Positions 26,290 through 42,000 of a stretch of DNA of 64,000 bases are shown here, one piece after another; the stretch's first letter is position 1; each line of letters starts with the position of its first letter. A program made the translations under genes and the position numbers. This DNA comes from the human T2T-CHM13v2.0 reference genome, Homo sapiens: the NCBI RefSeq assembly GCF_009914755.1, contig NC_060931.1; one strand, written 5' to 3'. The notes under the pieces were generated by a model, which saw only the letters and a program-made list of their open reading frames with translations, did not search any database and was not told where the DNA came from.

Positions 26290-26650
26290 TTTTACTCAAT
26301 CATATTTTCTATGTGCTGTCAACTTTTCTAGGCCGTGGGCATAATGCAGTGATCAAAAGAGAATCATTGATGAGAAGGAAACTTACATTCAGTGGGCACA
26401 GATCTAGATTTAATGTTGTTGATTGTTTACTATAAGGTTCCTGCTACTACTCTAAGGCCTTTAACCTTGCTTATTATTCATTACAATAACCCTGTGAGTA
26501 GGTAATATGATTTTCTCCATTTTATAGATTAGAAAACTGAAGAACAAAAAAATTAATTTTTAAAACGTCTTAAATAACCAGTAGCAGAACATAAATCAAG
26601 TATTCTGCCTAAAAATATGTCTTCAGAACCACTTTGTAATACTGCCTCTC
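26290..26650 (-). mobile_element. Adjacent L2 3'-end and MIR fragments
   Basis: L2 tail (ctatgtgctg...aaacttacattcagtggg) then MIR (acaataaccctgtgagtagg...ccattttatagattagaaaactga). Confidence 0.6.
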
Positions 26651-26849
26651 ACTATAAACAAATATCAGAAAAAACTTTTATTAATGTTATCATAAAAAGT
26701 CTTCAGTGCTAAAGTTGATACTACATATATAGGTATTGGTTAAACAAATCACTGAAGAATTTTACAATGGAACAGTATATAGCCATTAAAAGGCAGGAGT
26801 AAATTTTATTCATTCTACGTGAAACAATTTCCAATATATATTCTTTTTA

Positions 26850-27179
<330 letters not shown>

Positions 27180-27570
27180 TCAGCAGACATGAATTTGATG
27201 TAGTTTGTATTTTATAAAGTAATTAATATTTTATAATTTATTTTATACATCACACACAAAAACACATACGTACATTTTCACATACACACAGACATTTTCC
27301 AATAAAATTACCAAGGATTATTTTTAAGAAACAGAATGTAGTATTTGCAATAGCATGAAAAGTTTTATCTTAGTACACATTATCAATAAAACATATTTAT
27401 AAAATAAAATCATCTTGCCCTAATATGTGCTTACCATTAAAATGACTCTATAATTAAGCATCTAAAGTTAATATTTTATTTGTTCAAGTATAAATATTTA
27501 TTTCTACTTTGTAAGAAAATCAAACAAGGAGTAAACAAGTTGGGAAAATTCATAGTTTTTTTTTTTTTAA

Positions 27571-28017
<447 letters not shown>

Positions 28018-29531
28018 TAGAGCAGATACTGAGCGTAAAAATGAATAAATTTTAAGATAGCAAAATATTTTACTTAAATAGTTCACTTCTTTTGTACTGT
28101 AAAAATTATGGAGTGAAGATTTGTATGTTTTCTCTGATTAATTTGAACCACATTAAGACATAAGATTGGCACCTATGAAAATAATTTTAATATAAATATT
28201 TGCATTCAACTATTCCATATGGGAATCATCGGGAGACAGGACATTTGGCTTTTGGCTCTGAAAACAACATGTGATAAACGTGACTTTTTAAAGTTAGCAT
28301 GCATTGCTGACTGTTATTTCTGGGTAAAACATGTATAAATTAGGGAAACTTGAAGGAGATAGTTCAATGCAAAAATTTAAGACAACATTAAAAAAATTAG
28401 GAATCTTTTTAGATTTTAAGGTTTCTTCATTTCAACACCTCTTTATTTTTCTTGTTATATTTTTCTTGATTCCTTATTTTCTTGGGATTTGAGAACATAA
28501 AATGGAGTTAAAATGCTCTTCTCACATTCTGGAGAGATAATTGGCAGATAAGACTTTAGGAAATCCATACTCCACTGTCTTTCCTGTCCAGAACTGAATA
28601 TTCTCAAAGTGATTTAATATTTATTTCCCTTACTACAGTATGGAAGTGATGAGGACACACACCAAGATGACTCATTCTACTTTTAGAGAGAAGCACTTAG
28701 TAGTGACTGGCACATCACAGGAATTTAATCAATAGTCTCTGAAAGAATTAATGAATAAATGTGTGACTGGACTGCATTACACTGTACAGTACAGCGGGAT
28801 GTAACCCTTTCCTTAAGAAGAACGTAAAGACAAATGTATTGCCCTGGTAAAAACACTCCATAATCAGGAATCTTGAAACCTGGGATCAAGTTTCTTCTCT
28901 GTGCTTACTCTTTCTGACTTATTCTCTCAATACTTCAATTTAATAAGCAACTGAAACAAACCAACCAAAAAAAAAGGGCAGATAATTTTATATGATCTTG
29001 AAGTCTTTTCCAGTTTTGAGATATAATCTGACTGAAATTATTTCCTGTTTTTTTTTTAAAAAAAAGAAAGAAAACAGCAACAAAAAACAAATATGAGGCT
29101 TTATCTTGCTTCAACCATTTGTGTGTGTTTGTTAATTAATTAACACGTGATGTGATCTGTAATGTAAGAAATTCTCACCACGGGAACTCTCATCACTAAA
29201 GATGTTCTACATCTTTAATAAAGATGAAGACTAAGTCCAAAAGATAAAATGATTAATGTTTACATGGTTTCCTCATTCACCTCCCTCCACCCCACAAATC
29301 TCTAGGATTCCTTTATCCCCAAAACACTGTGTCATCACAAGTCACTCTGTAACCCTTCTTCTGTATCTTTCTCTCCTCCTCCTTCTCCTCCACCTGTACA
29401 ACTGACATTACCTAAATTTCCTTAGGGTATCATGTGCAGTCCCAGAAGTTACAACCTAAAAGGGGAAGTTCCCTTTTCTCATCTTAATTTCTGTTTGAAA
29501 CATACTTGGAATTAAAACAAGCAAAACAGGG

Positions 29532-29871
29532 GGCCAGGTGCAGTGGCTCATGCCTGTAATCCCAACACTTTGGGAGGCCAAGGTGGGCAGATCACTTGAG
29601 GTTAGGAGTACGAGACCAGTCTGGCCAACATGGCAAAACCCCATCTCTACCGAAAAAATACAAAAATTAGCCAGTCATGGTGGCAGGTGCCTGTAATCCC
29701 AACTACTAGGTAGACTGAGGCAGGAGAATGGCTTGAACCCGGGAGGCGGAGATTGCAGCTAGCCAAGATTGTGCCATTGCACTACGGCCTGGGCGACAGA
29801 GTGAGACCGTTTCTCAATAAAATACGATAAAATAAAATAAAATAAAATAAAATAAAATAAAATAAAATAAA
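29532..29871 (+). mobile_element. AluS (Sz-like) with (AAAAT)n tail
   Basis: Full dimer; flanking direct repeat aaacaagcaaaa. Confidence 0.92.
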
Positions 29872-30340
29872 TGAAACAAGCAAAATCATGAGGCAGTAGA
29901 ATAGAGGAAATCAGAATTAAATGCCACAGAAGTCCTTCACCTGAGACAAGACAGGGAGGTGAGGAGATTCAGGTCCCTACTGTGCCTCCATCTGAAACTT
30001 CCTTACGTTTTATTATTGTGCTTACCTGAGATCTGAATGATTGCAAATAAGGAGGAGGAGGAAAAGTAGAAAGATATTTGGAATTGTGGCTGGCTGGCTG
30101 GCCCAGGCACAGCTGACTGGGAAGGTCCTTCCCTGCCTGCCTTCCCAGCTGTGGTTTAGGCTATTGTCCTAAAGAGGAACTCAGCCATGATTGCATTTCA
30201 GGGAGGGCTTCTTGCCTCTAGGACTCTCCTCTTTATCCCAAGTTCTAGTCAAAATTCAAGTATTGTTCTAAATAGCATATCATATGGGAAGAAAATGAAG
30301 TTTCCATTTTTAAGCTTCTGCCAATTCTATTTAATTTGGA

Positions 30341-30875
30341 GCAGTTTTCAAACTTTTTAGACCATGCCCAGAGGTAACAAATAGATTTCACTTAGCAATC
30401 AGTATACACATATATGTGTAATATAAATCTGAAAACAATGCTTCCCAAAACAAGAGTTACAACACAAAATAAATACTGATATTTTCTGATTTATTCTATC
30501 TCATTTTTAAAAAAATACTGGCTGGGCCAATTACGTCTGTTGGGAGCAAGGCTCAGGCATTAGGATTTTTTTGAAGTTCTCGCCTTTGATTCCCATGTGT
30601 AGATAACTTTGGGAAGCACCACTCTAGAGGTTTTTCAGGTGAATTCTCTTGGGTTTCTAAGGACTATGGCTTTACCATTTATAAATAACAGTACTTTTTA
30701 TCTTTTCATTTACAATCATTATATATTATATTTTTGTCTCTTATTGTATCTTAGAATTTTAAGAATGATATTAATAGAAATAAAAGTAAAAATCTGTTTT
30801 TAGAAGCTGGTCTATAAAATTGATTTCACACCCCATTAAATGGTCACAATTCACAGTTTGTAAATAAGCTGGTCT
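30341..30875. mobile_element. Fragmented hAT-Charlie relics (MER112-like ends around a MER5-like piece)
   Basis: gcagttttcaaactttttagacc... and aaattgatttcacaccccattaaatggtcac...cagtttg; MER5-like segment near 30540-30625. Confidence 0.5.
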
Positions 30876-30880
30876 ACAGG

Positions 30881-31101
30881 AAGAGTCAGTAAACTATGGC
30901 CCATGGGACAAAGCAGGTCTGTCACTTGTTTCTATAAATAAAGTTGTATTGATCACAAACAGCCACATCCATTCCTTAATGTATTATCTATGACCACTTT
31001 CCTGTAACAATGGCAGAAATGAGTAGCTGTGACAGTGACTGGTCCACAAAGCCTATAAGCTCTTTATTATTTGTCTTTACAGAAAGCCTGCCAATTCTTT
31101 G
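30881..31101. mobile_element. MER58A hAT-Charlie DNA transposon
   Basis: gtcagtaaactatggcccatggg...aaataaagttgtattg...cagccac...ctttacagaaagcctgcc. Confidence 0.85.
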
Positions 31102-33128
31102 TTTAATGTAAGTTTTTTGCATTGGAGGTGAAGTAAAGAGGTTGGAAAAGGAATGAGGATCTAAATCATGAATGGTATTCCAATCTAGTGATAGGATTTT
31201 ATCCTCGGGGCAATAATAAGCCATTCCTCTGCAGGAATCAAGCTCCCTTCTAATCAACGGTCTCCCACTGTGTTCTGAAACCCTGAAAATGGCACTCTTA
31301 GGCAGGAATAAAATTGTTTTGTTTCTTGTGCATTTCCAGGCTCCAATGGTTGGTGTTCTCTGTAAATATGCTAAATGTGAAATCAGCCTTTGCCTAATTT
31401 TGAGTGTGAATCTGCTGGAATTTTTAACTTCCTATCTATTTTTAGATAAAGACTCTTACTGAGTCTCATCAAAGAGTTTCATAGCTTGGGACTAGGTTCA
31501 CTGGACCATTTGACTCCACATAAATTTGGCTTTTCCTTGCTTTCTAAGGAGGGGTGGTATTGGGCATCAACCATGCTTCCTGCCTGAATCATTTGCTGTG
31601 CTTTTGTCAGTACATAAAGTAAGCAACAAACCCATGCAATTAAACATGACCAAGAGACCAGTTTTAAAAAGTTACTTTTTTTTCAAGCAGGTAATATTTC
31701 ATTCATTCACTAAGGAGACAGGGCAAACATTTATACAATCTATCAAATATGTTTTGCTTAGGTAATCACAGCAGTCACAGAATTCTTAATGGTAATTTAG
31801 AGTCTATTCACACTTGCCTCAAAGACAGCATTAAAGAACCTATCAATGACCCTGAGAATCATTACTAAAGTCATTATTGTTCTGATATTACAATCCAAAG
31901 CTGCATGTTTATACCTTTTTATAATCTAAGAAGTATGGCCAAAAGAAAATGCTTGAGGTAAAAGATCTCAATTACTTTAATATTTTATTTTCTTTACCAG
32001 GTGGATTTTGTTAACAAGAGGTTAGAAAATTAGAAAGATCTTCACCACATGCTTAGAAATAAAGATCTTGTAAATAGTTTATAAAAAAATGCAGTGGGAA
32101 AAATTTCAAACCTAAATTATTATTAAAGCTGCACTAAATGTGAAGAAAATAAAGGTGATTTCCAAAAAGAATGGTTAGGTGTCAAGAGTGAGAAGTGAAG
32201 AATGTGGAAAGATTAATAAAACCAAGCAGGATCTCGTTAATCAAACTTCCCCAAGTGGCACAAATGATTTGATTTGAATTTGCCTCTATATACACCAATG
32301 ATGGAATCTGCTGTTTTTGTGAAGCAGCCAAAATGTCTACTTGATAAATGGGGTAATTCTTTCAAAAGTACCTATTCTGTTGTTTCTTTTATATGTTGAT
32401 GATGTACACAGTAAAACTAAGATTAATTATTTGCTAAAAATATAAATAAAGCTTTGATCACTTTTACCAGCTTTTGATTTTTTTTAATGAATTGACCAAA
32501 TAACATCTTTAAACTGAATCTCCGTTTAAAGGGTTGAACATGCAGAGAAATACCTCTGCATGGAATGAATTTAGTTGGCCAGGAGAATGTCTTAGACCAA
32601 TGAAAATAATATGTTTCTCATGTCAAATGTTAAGGCTTTGAATAATAACAATTTTTTAAAATAGTACAATTACCTATACATTTTAGGTCTAATATAAATG
32701 TACCTGAGGAAAAATTAGGTTAATATTTCTCCTAAATGGCACCTTTTCTCATCATTCTCTTGAAAAATATGACAAAGATTTGTGTTCAAGTCTACCTAAA
32801 GCAAAACAAGTAAAACAATAAAAGAATCAAGCCTACAAACAGGCTGGTTGGACTTTTTAAAAATCAGATATATTGAGATAGTTGTTAAAAAACACATCAC
32901 AAAAGGTACAATAAAACTTTGGGAAGATTAGCTAAATGAATATAAATATTAAAAAAACAAAACCAGACAACAACATAAAACAGCATTCTTAATATTGTTA
33001 ATAATATCCTCAGTGACAGTGACCTCATTGGCATCTTGGCGAAGAAATAATTTTTGTGGCCAATTTTATCACAGATTTTCTGTAGAAATATCCAGTATTT
33101 AGTTTCCATTTTATTCAAAGTTATGTAT

Positions 33129-33533
33129 TGGTATGGACTGAATTGTGTCCCCACAAATTTTGTATGTTGACACCCTAACCCCAAATATCACTATATTTGG
33201 AGAAAGGGCTTTTAGAAAGTAATTAAGGTCATTAAGGTGGGACTTTAATCCAATAGGATTGGCAACCTTATGAAAAAAATCTTTCTCTGTCTCTCTCTCT
33301 CTTCTCCCCCCTTCTCTCTCTCTCTCACTCTCTCTCTTTCTTCTCTTCCCCTCTCTCTTCCTCTCTTCCCTATGAGGATACAGTAAGTAGGCAGTCATCT
33401 GCAAGCAGGAAGACAGCCCTTTCCAGAAACAGAATCACCTGGAAACTTGATCTTGGACTTAGCCTCCAGAACTATAAGAAATACATATCTGTTGTTTGAG
33501 GCATCCATTCTGTGGTAGCTTGAGCTAAGATAT
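33129..33533 (+). mobile_element. MLT1A-family solo LTR with an internal CT-rich tract
   Basis: tggtatggactgaattgtgtcccc...tgaggatacag...cttgatcttggacttagcctccagaact. Confidence 0.85.
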
Positions 33534-33647
33534 ACACATTCACAGTTTAAATAGACAAATATTTAAACAATTTTTTAATATTTGTTATAAAAATATCCAT
33601 ACCTACATATTGCAGCTTTCTTCCCCTCCAATTCACAATCCCTAGAG

Positions 33648-33854
33648 CAGTGGTCTTAACTTGGGAAATCCCCGCTCCCTTGGGAGCCCTTTGGTAATGT
33701 CTAGAGACATTTTTAGTTGTCACAAACGGTGAAGGGAGAGAGAATTGCTACTGGCATCTGGTGGGCAGAAATCAGGCATGCTTTTATACATTCTATAATG
33801 CACTGTATAGCTCTGGACAGCAAAGAATGAATGTCAGTAGGGTGAGGAATTCTG
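33648..33854. mobile_element. MER20 hAT-Charlie DNA transposon
   Basis: cagtggtc...tttggtaatgtctagagacatttttagttgtcacaa...tgctactggcatctggtggg; 8-bp TSD ccctagag / ccccagaa. Confidence 0.85.
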
Positions 33855-33941
33855 CCCCAGAAGCAACAAATTTTAATGCTGTAACTTTTTAGTGTTTACC
33901 TTCAATCTCTAAACAATATGGTTTCTTTCCTGCTTCTCAAT

Positions 33942-34772
33942 CTTTCTTTTTTATAAACAGCTTTATAATTCACATAGCACACAATTCACCCATTTAAAGT
34001 GCACAATTAAATAGTTTTCAGTAAAGTCACAGATATGTGCAACCATCACAACAGTCAATATTGGGACATTTCCATCACCTCTAAAAGAAATCATGTATTC
34101 TTTAGCAATCACTTGTTCTGCCTCCACCACCACTGTCTTTTCCCAGCCTTAAACAACTATTAATCTACCTTAATCTACTTGCTACTTTTTTCACTAGTCT
34201 CTATCAATTTCCTTATTCTGGAATTTCTTCTCAATAGAATCATATGGTATGTGAACTTTTATAACTTGTTTTTTTTACTTGGCATGTTTTCAAGGTACAT
34301 CCAAGTAGTAGCATATATCAGCATGTACTCATTTCATTGTATGGATATACCATGGTTTGTTTATCCATTCATCCGCTGATGGATATTTGGGATGTTTCCA
34401 CCTTTTGGCTAGTATGAATAATGCTACTATAAACATTTGTATACAAGTTTCTGTGTGAACATGTTTTCATTTCTCTTGGGTATATACCTAGTGGAGTTTC
34501 TGGGTCATAGGGCAACTAATCATTTGAGGACCTGCCAGACTATTTTTCAAAAGCAGCTGCATCATTTTACATTCCCACCAGCAGTGTATGAGTTCTGATT
34601 TCCCACATCCTCCCAACACTTTTTATCTGACTTTTTGATTCTAATGATTATAGCAGGCATGAGGTGTATCTTATTATAGTTTTGATTTGCATTTTTCTGA
34701 TGCCTAGTTATGTTGAGCATCTTTTCATGTGCTTACTGACCATTTGCATATCTTCCCTGGAGGAGTGTCTAC
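33942..34772 (-). mobile_element. L1MB-type LINE-1 3' fragment
   Basis: cagctttataattcacata...acaattcacccatttaaagtg...ccattcatccgctgatggatatttggg...cattcccaccagcagtgtatgag. Confidence 0.88.
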
Positions 34773-36102
34773 TGAGAATTCTATCTGCCTCATCCTTCCT
34801 CACCAACCTCCAGTAGGCATATGCACACATCCCCTTCTCCCAATATACTGAAATTGTTAAATCATTATTTTTTACATGATTATAAAAATGATTAAGATAT
34901 AAAATGTATCAATAATTTTGATAGCTGAAACATATTTTATGATTTCATAAGTTTTTCCCTCTGGAAAAATTATGTTATATTGTTGTTGTTTGCTTAGTTA
35001 TCTTTGTACTTCTCACAACTATATCCCAGAACTCTATTTTAGTTGTATCAGTCTCCTCTCAATATATTTTAAAAATTTCATCTTCTTGAATAAACCTTTT
35101 CAGGAGCCATCTCATCTGCTGAAGGTCAGCTACACAAATATTATTTTGGGATCTTTCTTCTCAATTGTCTAGGGATTCCCGTCGCTCTCTCTTATGTTGG
35201 AGACTTAATTTCCTGGATCCCATGACTTTAAGTCTTTCCTCAAATACTTTGTAAGACTCATAGCTGTCTGCTCATCTATAAAACTGGGCCACTAAAAAGT
35301 TGATTAGAAGCTCTGAGTGGGTAGGTGGGGCTTTTCAGTTTACAGACCCACAGAATGGTTTTGTTTGGAAACATTCTAAGGATGTGTAGGATCTTATTTT
35401 GGGGCTGTGTGCATTTATCACAAATGATACATTTAATCCTTTTATGTTAGATAAAGCCTAGTACCAGGCTCTGGGAGCCCAGGGGGAAGCTGGAATTTCA
35501 ACATGCTCTAGTAAAAATTCCCTTAATCTCCAGATTTTTAGAAGTTATCCCCCATCAACGGTGCTTGGTATCCCCGAGTCAGTCAGCTTCTGCTTTATCT
35601 TCTACAGTTAAGAAACCTAACTTTTCCAGTGATAAAGCAACAGACATTTGGTTGTAGGCAAGGGAGAGGCTGATGCTCCAATTACTTTTTAAATAGACTT
35701 TCAGCAAATCTTCCTATGTAGAGCGCCAATTTGTCCCAATTTTTGATAATCTCGTACTTCCAACTCCTAAACTTTTGTGGTGTTCCCTGGTAGACTGAAT
35801 TGGCTCTAAGCCTCCTTTATTCCAGTTTGGTTCCAGCTTTCTTGGTTTGCTAAATCAGTTACTACTTACCAGTTTCTTTCAGCTTTCCAAACCGTTTTTG
35901 CTGCGAAATCCTTTCTTATGCTTTTTCCTAATGTCATCACTGCCATGTTTCCTATCCCATTCTCTTTTCCTAATATTTCTGCTAAGTTATCCTTCATTGG
36001 GATTATTTTCATCTGATGAGTTTTGGAGAAAATGTGAAGGCTAATTTGCATGTTCAATCTGTCAAACATAAGACAAAGCCTTCTTTTTGTGTTTTAAGTT
36101 AA

Positions 36103-36466
<364 letters not shown>

Positions 36467-36905
36467 TAATTTTATTTTTGAACGGTGTTGTAGAACAAAT
36501 ACAATTAGCTAGTCTACTAACACTTTCTTTGCACACAAGAATATGTATATTATTCTAGATCAGAAATAGCCAGTAGGCATAATCTTTATACAAACATTAA
36601 TCTACTAAACCACATTATTTTGATGTATTATATCAGTGGGGAAATTAAACAGTACTACTGGTCTTTGAATTAGAAATGATCCAATATATATTAAGCTAAG
36701 ACATTGCTCTAAGAACATATATGATTAAAATATGCTTTGATAATATTTTTCCCTTAGACTCAGCCATATATTATGTCCCTAGAATGCATGTACCTATTCT
36801 AAATAGATCACTCTAAAAATATGGAATAATTTAGTAACTAGATATGAATATTAATGTCCTATCAGATATTCTACATCTGCAACTAAGTTATGTATTACTT
36901 AAAGT

Positions 36906-37094
36906 AGTACTTCTCAAGGGTTGATCCACAGACTGTTTTCAACACAAATGCAAAATTTAAAAATAAAGATGTAGGTTCCTTAATCCTGCTTAAGAACTGC
37001 TGTGTATGTATCTCTGAGTGTGAAGGCAGAAGGTCTGCATTTTGATTCAACTTTCCAGGTAAATCTGAAACAATTAAATGTGAGAATAATACTG
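36906..37094. mobile_element. MER5-family hAT-Charlie relic
   Basis: agtacttctcaagg...tctgcattttg...ttccaggtaaatctg...aaatgtgagaataatactg. Confidence 0.55.
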
Positions 37095-37554
37095 AAATAA
37101 AAAGAATGCATTTAATGAGGTTATGAAATTAGTTTTATCTGTGAGCTTTAATGACTTTGTTTTTATGTAGCCCAAATGGCATAAAACACAGGGTGTTTGT
37201 TTAAATATAGCTATTTTCTGGAATAAAAATTTTGACAAAGTGGTATCCAGATGACTTAGATGTCACAAAAAATAATTAAAAGAAAGAGATGAGTTGCCAA
37301 GATCCTCAATAAAGGGACAACTGAGTACTTTCAGATGCACACACCCTTAGGGGAAGGCTTAAACAATGACTGTGATCAAGTTAGGTGAGAGTCTGGGGAG
37401 GGAAGTTCTGGCCTGTGCTCCACCTTATCAGTTTTAGGAGAAAAAGTACTAAGAATATAGATGACTTTTCACATATCGTACTGACTTCCTTGCTAGAGGG
37501 ACTGGGTAGGTAGGACTCAACTATTCGAAAATTCTTTGAAGTGATGTGAAGTTT

Positions 37555-37675
37555 CTATATATTATGAAAGCAGGGATCATGTCTATCAAAATCCTTATTT
37601 TATCTATAGCATTCAACACAGTGCCTACCACACACAGTAGAGGTCAGTAAACATTTGGTGAATCAATAAACAAAT
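37555..37675 (+). mobile_element. L2 3' end
   Basis: gaaagcagggatcatgtc...cacagtgcctaccacacacagtagaggtcagtaaacatttggtgaat. Confidence 0.75.
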
Positions 37676-38344
37676 AAAAGACACTTGACCATGAGAGGCC
37701 ACAATACTGAGAAATTGGAGATGTTTCGCAGGGTGGATGCTGCTGGATTCAACAGAGTTTGGTACTGGGAGCCTCACTCTCTGTCAGTTTCTCTCCTCTG
37801 CTCAAGAAAAGGGCAGAAATAGAAGTCACTGTTAGCTCATCTGAGAACCATCCTCAAAGGCCAACGAAGCAGCAACAAGATAATAACGGGAGATTATGGA
37901 AGGGGTGTCATTTTGGCTTAACTTTGCCCTCTTTAAGCAGATAGAAGAACTTTGGACAACAAATGCAGTATTGCCAGCAAATGCAAGAAAACAGCAGTCA
38001 TGATGCTACCTTTCAGAGAAAGTGAAAGAGGATAGCATGACTCTGATGTAAGTTCTTGAGCGTCAGACCTCAAGGGATGCTGGCTGAAACACACAGAATG
38101 ATAAAGTGAGATTTCGTATGTTGGAAGGAGTGTATATCCTCTCATGTTTCCAAGAAGAGAACTGCATAGGAGAACATACTCTAGAAGAGGCCCTGGAATG
38201 AGAAGTTTTAAGGAAATAGAATCTGCAAAGAGAAGGTGGGAAGAGTCTGACATAATGTTGCTTGGTGCTACAGTCAGCCACATCCTTATAGGATTTAGCT
38301 CTTGAATACTCCTACTGTGTAGTGACTCAGTGACAGTCAAGAAT

Positions 38345-38639
38345 GGCCAGACGCTATGGCTGACTCCTATAATCTCAGTATTTTGGGAGGCCTAGGCAGG
38401 CAGATTATTTAATGTCAGAAGTTCAAGATCAGCCTGGGCAACATAGTGAGAATCTGTCTCTATAAAAAAGTTAAAAAAAAAAAAAATTAGCCAGGCATGG
38501 TGGCACACTCCTGTACTCTTGCAGTCATAGCTACTGATGAGACTGAGGTGGGAGTATCACTGGAGCTCAAGAATTTGAGGTTACAGTGAGCTATGATTGT
38601 GCCACAGCATGAGACTCTGTCTCAAAATAATAATAATAA
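38345..38639 (+). mobile_element. AluJ (Jr/Jo-like) with a small 3' deletion
   Basis: cctgggcaacatagtgaga, gaggttacagtgagctatgattgtgccac; the ctccagcctgggcgac segment is missing. Confidence 0.9.
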
Positions 38640-40829
38640 GGTCAAACTCTTGATAACTAGAATTAGAAAAATCAACAGAAAACCCTGAGGAGCATTAGTG
38701 AGTTTGTATTCATTGAAAGTGAATATTTTCTTTATTAAATCTTGTTTCATATTTGCAAAGTCTTACAATTTAAAATATTTTAACATAGAAGACAATTTCA
38801 TTTTATTTCCTATATGACTTTGTTCATTAGAATTTTGCAGTATTTGAATAGTTGACTAAATAAAATAAACAAAATCCATAAAAAAAAAACTGACCTTTTC
38901 AAAAGTAAAACTTGAAATAACATGTAATATTTCACCCTAGAAAGCAGAAGGAAGGTAGGGGAATTTTGTGGCTAACACAGATTGTGTTCTTCCCTTTTCC
39001 TTCCAGTTACTTGGTCTTATAATCAGCTAAAATGCCATCTCTTGCTAGACTGTAAACTCCTGAATAGCAGGGTTTAGGTAGTAATTTATCTGCTTTCATG
39101 ATAAATTTCTGCCTCTAATTCACTATAACTGTTACATGGTAGATCTTGAAAAACTTTTTAACACATCTTAAAGTTATAAATTCATACTGTAATCAGGGAA
39201 GATAGTAGAGAATTTTAAACAAAAGTCTTTTTGTGGCTTGTGAGTCCACAAAAGTGTGATGCTTTATATATGTACAGACTAAAAAAAGTTTACTAGTCTT
39301 AAGGCTTTAGGGAAGTTACTTACTATGTTAATATGGGCCTCAGTTTTTCCTAATTATACCTACCTGTAGGACTGGTATAGTGTTAAGTTCTTTTTATTAT
39401 AGTGTATGCTCAGTAAGTGATGGTTATTATTATTGATAGTCTTGCACTGATAAAACACATGGATTGACAAAATGTTTGTTCTGGGGAAGCAGAAAAAACA
39501 GATGTAAAGTTATTTGGATAAGTCAGTCAAAAAGAAAATAAAAGCTCACAAACTTCAGTCTTAAGGCAGTTAATTGCCATGAATACCCTTAAATGTTTAA
39601 CATGTTGTTCCAAAAGCAGCAATAAAATAAAACTGAATGAACTTTTTTTTTATTAAACAAGACAAAAAGCCAAATTTGCAAGGGTTGCAAGTACCAAAAT
39701 ACTTCTCTGATTCCAGAGAGACTGCCTATGTGTCCAGACTCATATAAACTCAAAGTTGTGTTTTGATTTCTCAATATGGTAAAGTTCCATCTAATGTCAT
39801 TCTCTTAACAAGCTCTTTTGTAATGGGAAGTTTGTGATTTAATAGCTTTAGAAATATAATGTGATACATGACTGTAAAAATGCTTGTTGATTCCCTACAA
39901 GCTAAGACAGCTCTATTGTAACTAAAACGGTAAAGTGAATTCCTCCTGGCAGAAGATGATATAGATGGAAAGAGGTGAGGAAATTGATTAAATATGGCTC
40001 TTTTCCTAAGCAGATGAATAACTCTATATTGCTCGTTCTGCATGCCTATAAAATAATACAATGAACAATGTTGACTTCATAATTGAGAACATACTCCCAT
40101 TTTGCTAGGTATAGGCAAAAGAGAAAACACAAGCTAAAACCTCAATATCAAGGTAATGTTTATAGCACTATATTTTCACACTTCTTGATCAGTTTACCTT
40201 AACGTTTAATCTTTAGTTAGGTCAAACATTCTTTATTCATTATATTTTTGATGTAACCTTCCCTCCCACAAATGCTTTCTAAATTGTCACTTTCTCTTTT
40301 CTCTTTCACAGAGCAAGTTCCCTTAGAATAAAGACATTAACAAAAAAATTATATAAAGTACCAATTAAATTATTTCCTGAGATTTCCTGAAACATGTTGG
40401 AAATAGGCACCTGTATCATTGCCCAGTAGAAAATAACTAACTATTTGTGGGTTTTTAATGGCAGGCTTGTTAAAATACATTTAAGAGAAGTATATAAATT
40501 TCTTTTATTGTGTTCTTCCTTACTTCGCCATTTATTTAAAACCTTAATTACAGATAATTGAGAAGTACAGTGCTTGAACAAATCCATTATATATTATATC
40601 AAATAATAATGTTGTTTAGAAGTGGTGTTAATTCTTCATTCGAGCAGCTATGCCTATAAATAATAATCAGTTCTAAGCCCCAAGTTAATGACTATTTACT
40701 CATATGATTTGTAGAAGCCTAGAGAGATCCAACTGGGGAGGCATGAAAGCTTCACTGATGAGAAAGGTTTCTGCTGTATTGTGTTCCAAAATCCCGGTTA
40801 GCACAGTGCCAGACACTAAGTGCTCACAT

Positions 40830-41045
40830 GTATGCTTTTTCCTAAGTAATTTATATGCATTATCTTATTTAACTATTGTGACAACTCAATGTTGTAGATA
40901 TGAATAATATTTTCATTTTATTTATGGGAAAAACTGAAGGTCATGATTTACATCGTTTCCCTAAAGACATGTTGCCTATAAACAGGTAGAGGTGGGATTC
41001 CAAGTATCTCTGAATCTAAGCCTTGAAGTTGGCATTCTTAACATA
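40830..41045 (-). mobile_element. MIR SINE
   Basis: atgcattatcttatttaa...cattttatttatgggaaaaactgaagg...ggtagaggtgggattc. Confidence 0.7.
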
Positions 41046-41429
41046 GGCCAGTAGGATTCTTAGGCTGTAGTTTCATATTGTTTCCATCTCATCTAGGTGG
41101 GACCCTTTATGCCACTGCTTCATATCTCCTTGGATTAGTCATGTGTATTTAAAGCCATGATTTAATGGTTTCCTTGACTTGAACGAAATATATTTGCTGA
41201 AAAAATTGAATGTTTAATATTTTTCCCAATTCACAGGGATAATTAAACTACTAGATGAAAGCATTTTCAATCATAAACATTTGGTGCCAGCTAATAAATG
41301 CTACAATTTAACAAAATTAATGAACCAGCAACAGAAATACATTAATAGGAAACTTAGGATATGATGGCCTTGCTAAATCAGAAAGTTAGCTATTACTTGT
41401 TGATTCCAAAATGAATATTTGAAGATGTG

Positions 41430-41513
41430 ATTTTATTGTGCATTTATACCTCATTCAGTGCTAGGAATGTTTAGAAACGGGAGCCATAATTGAATAAGCT
41501 ACATGGGGGCATA
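41430..41513 (+). repeat. 84-bp direct repeat, copy 1 (probable donor)
   Basis: 81/84 identical to 42200-42283. Confidence 0.97.
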
Positions 41514-42000
41514 GCCCATCTAGAACTATGTTCATTTGCTAAGATGGCAAATGTTCTTCCTTTGTCTTCCAAGCCTCTTAAATCAACTAAACTCCTGGGG
41601 CCATGCCTTCCCCCAGTCCCATTCCTATCCATTTTGAGTCAGTCCTTCCAGGCCACAGTGATTTTTATCATGCACTTCATAATTACAAAATTCTTCCCCC
41701 AATCCCCAAATACCTACTATGATTTGTCTTGAAAGCTTTTCAAGGCTTTATTAAACTTGTAGTTTTATATCCAGTGTGATACCCTTCCTTGGCATAATTC
41801 CCCAGCTATTTAGGTCAAAACTGTTGAAGAGAAATGAAAAAAAAAAAAAAAAAGAAATAGTGGAGAAAACAAACAGATGTGCCAGTCAAAACTAGGGAAA
41901 TGCTGTGCAGTTTGAACTTTTAACTGTTAAGGACATTTGACAGGGCTCTCTTGCCTCTACTGGGGATAAGTCAGAAGAAAATTATATGTTAGCACCATTT

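Larger units (their letters stand above)
33540..36070 (-). mobile_element. HAL1 element interrupted by MER20 and L1MB
   Basis: HAL1-like segments flank the inserts (ggggattcccgtcgctctctcttatgttgg...tttcctggatcccatg, aaaagttgattagaagctctg). Confidence 0.6.
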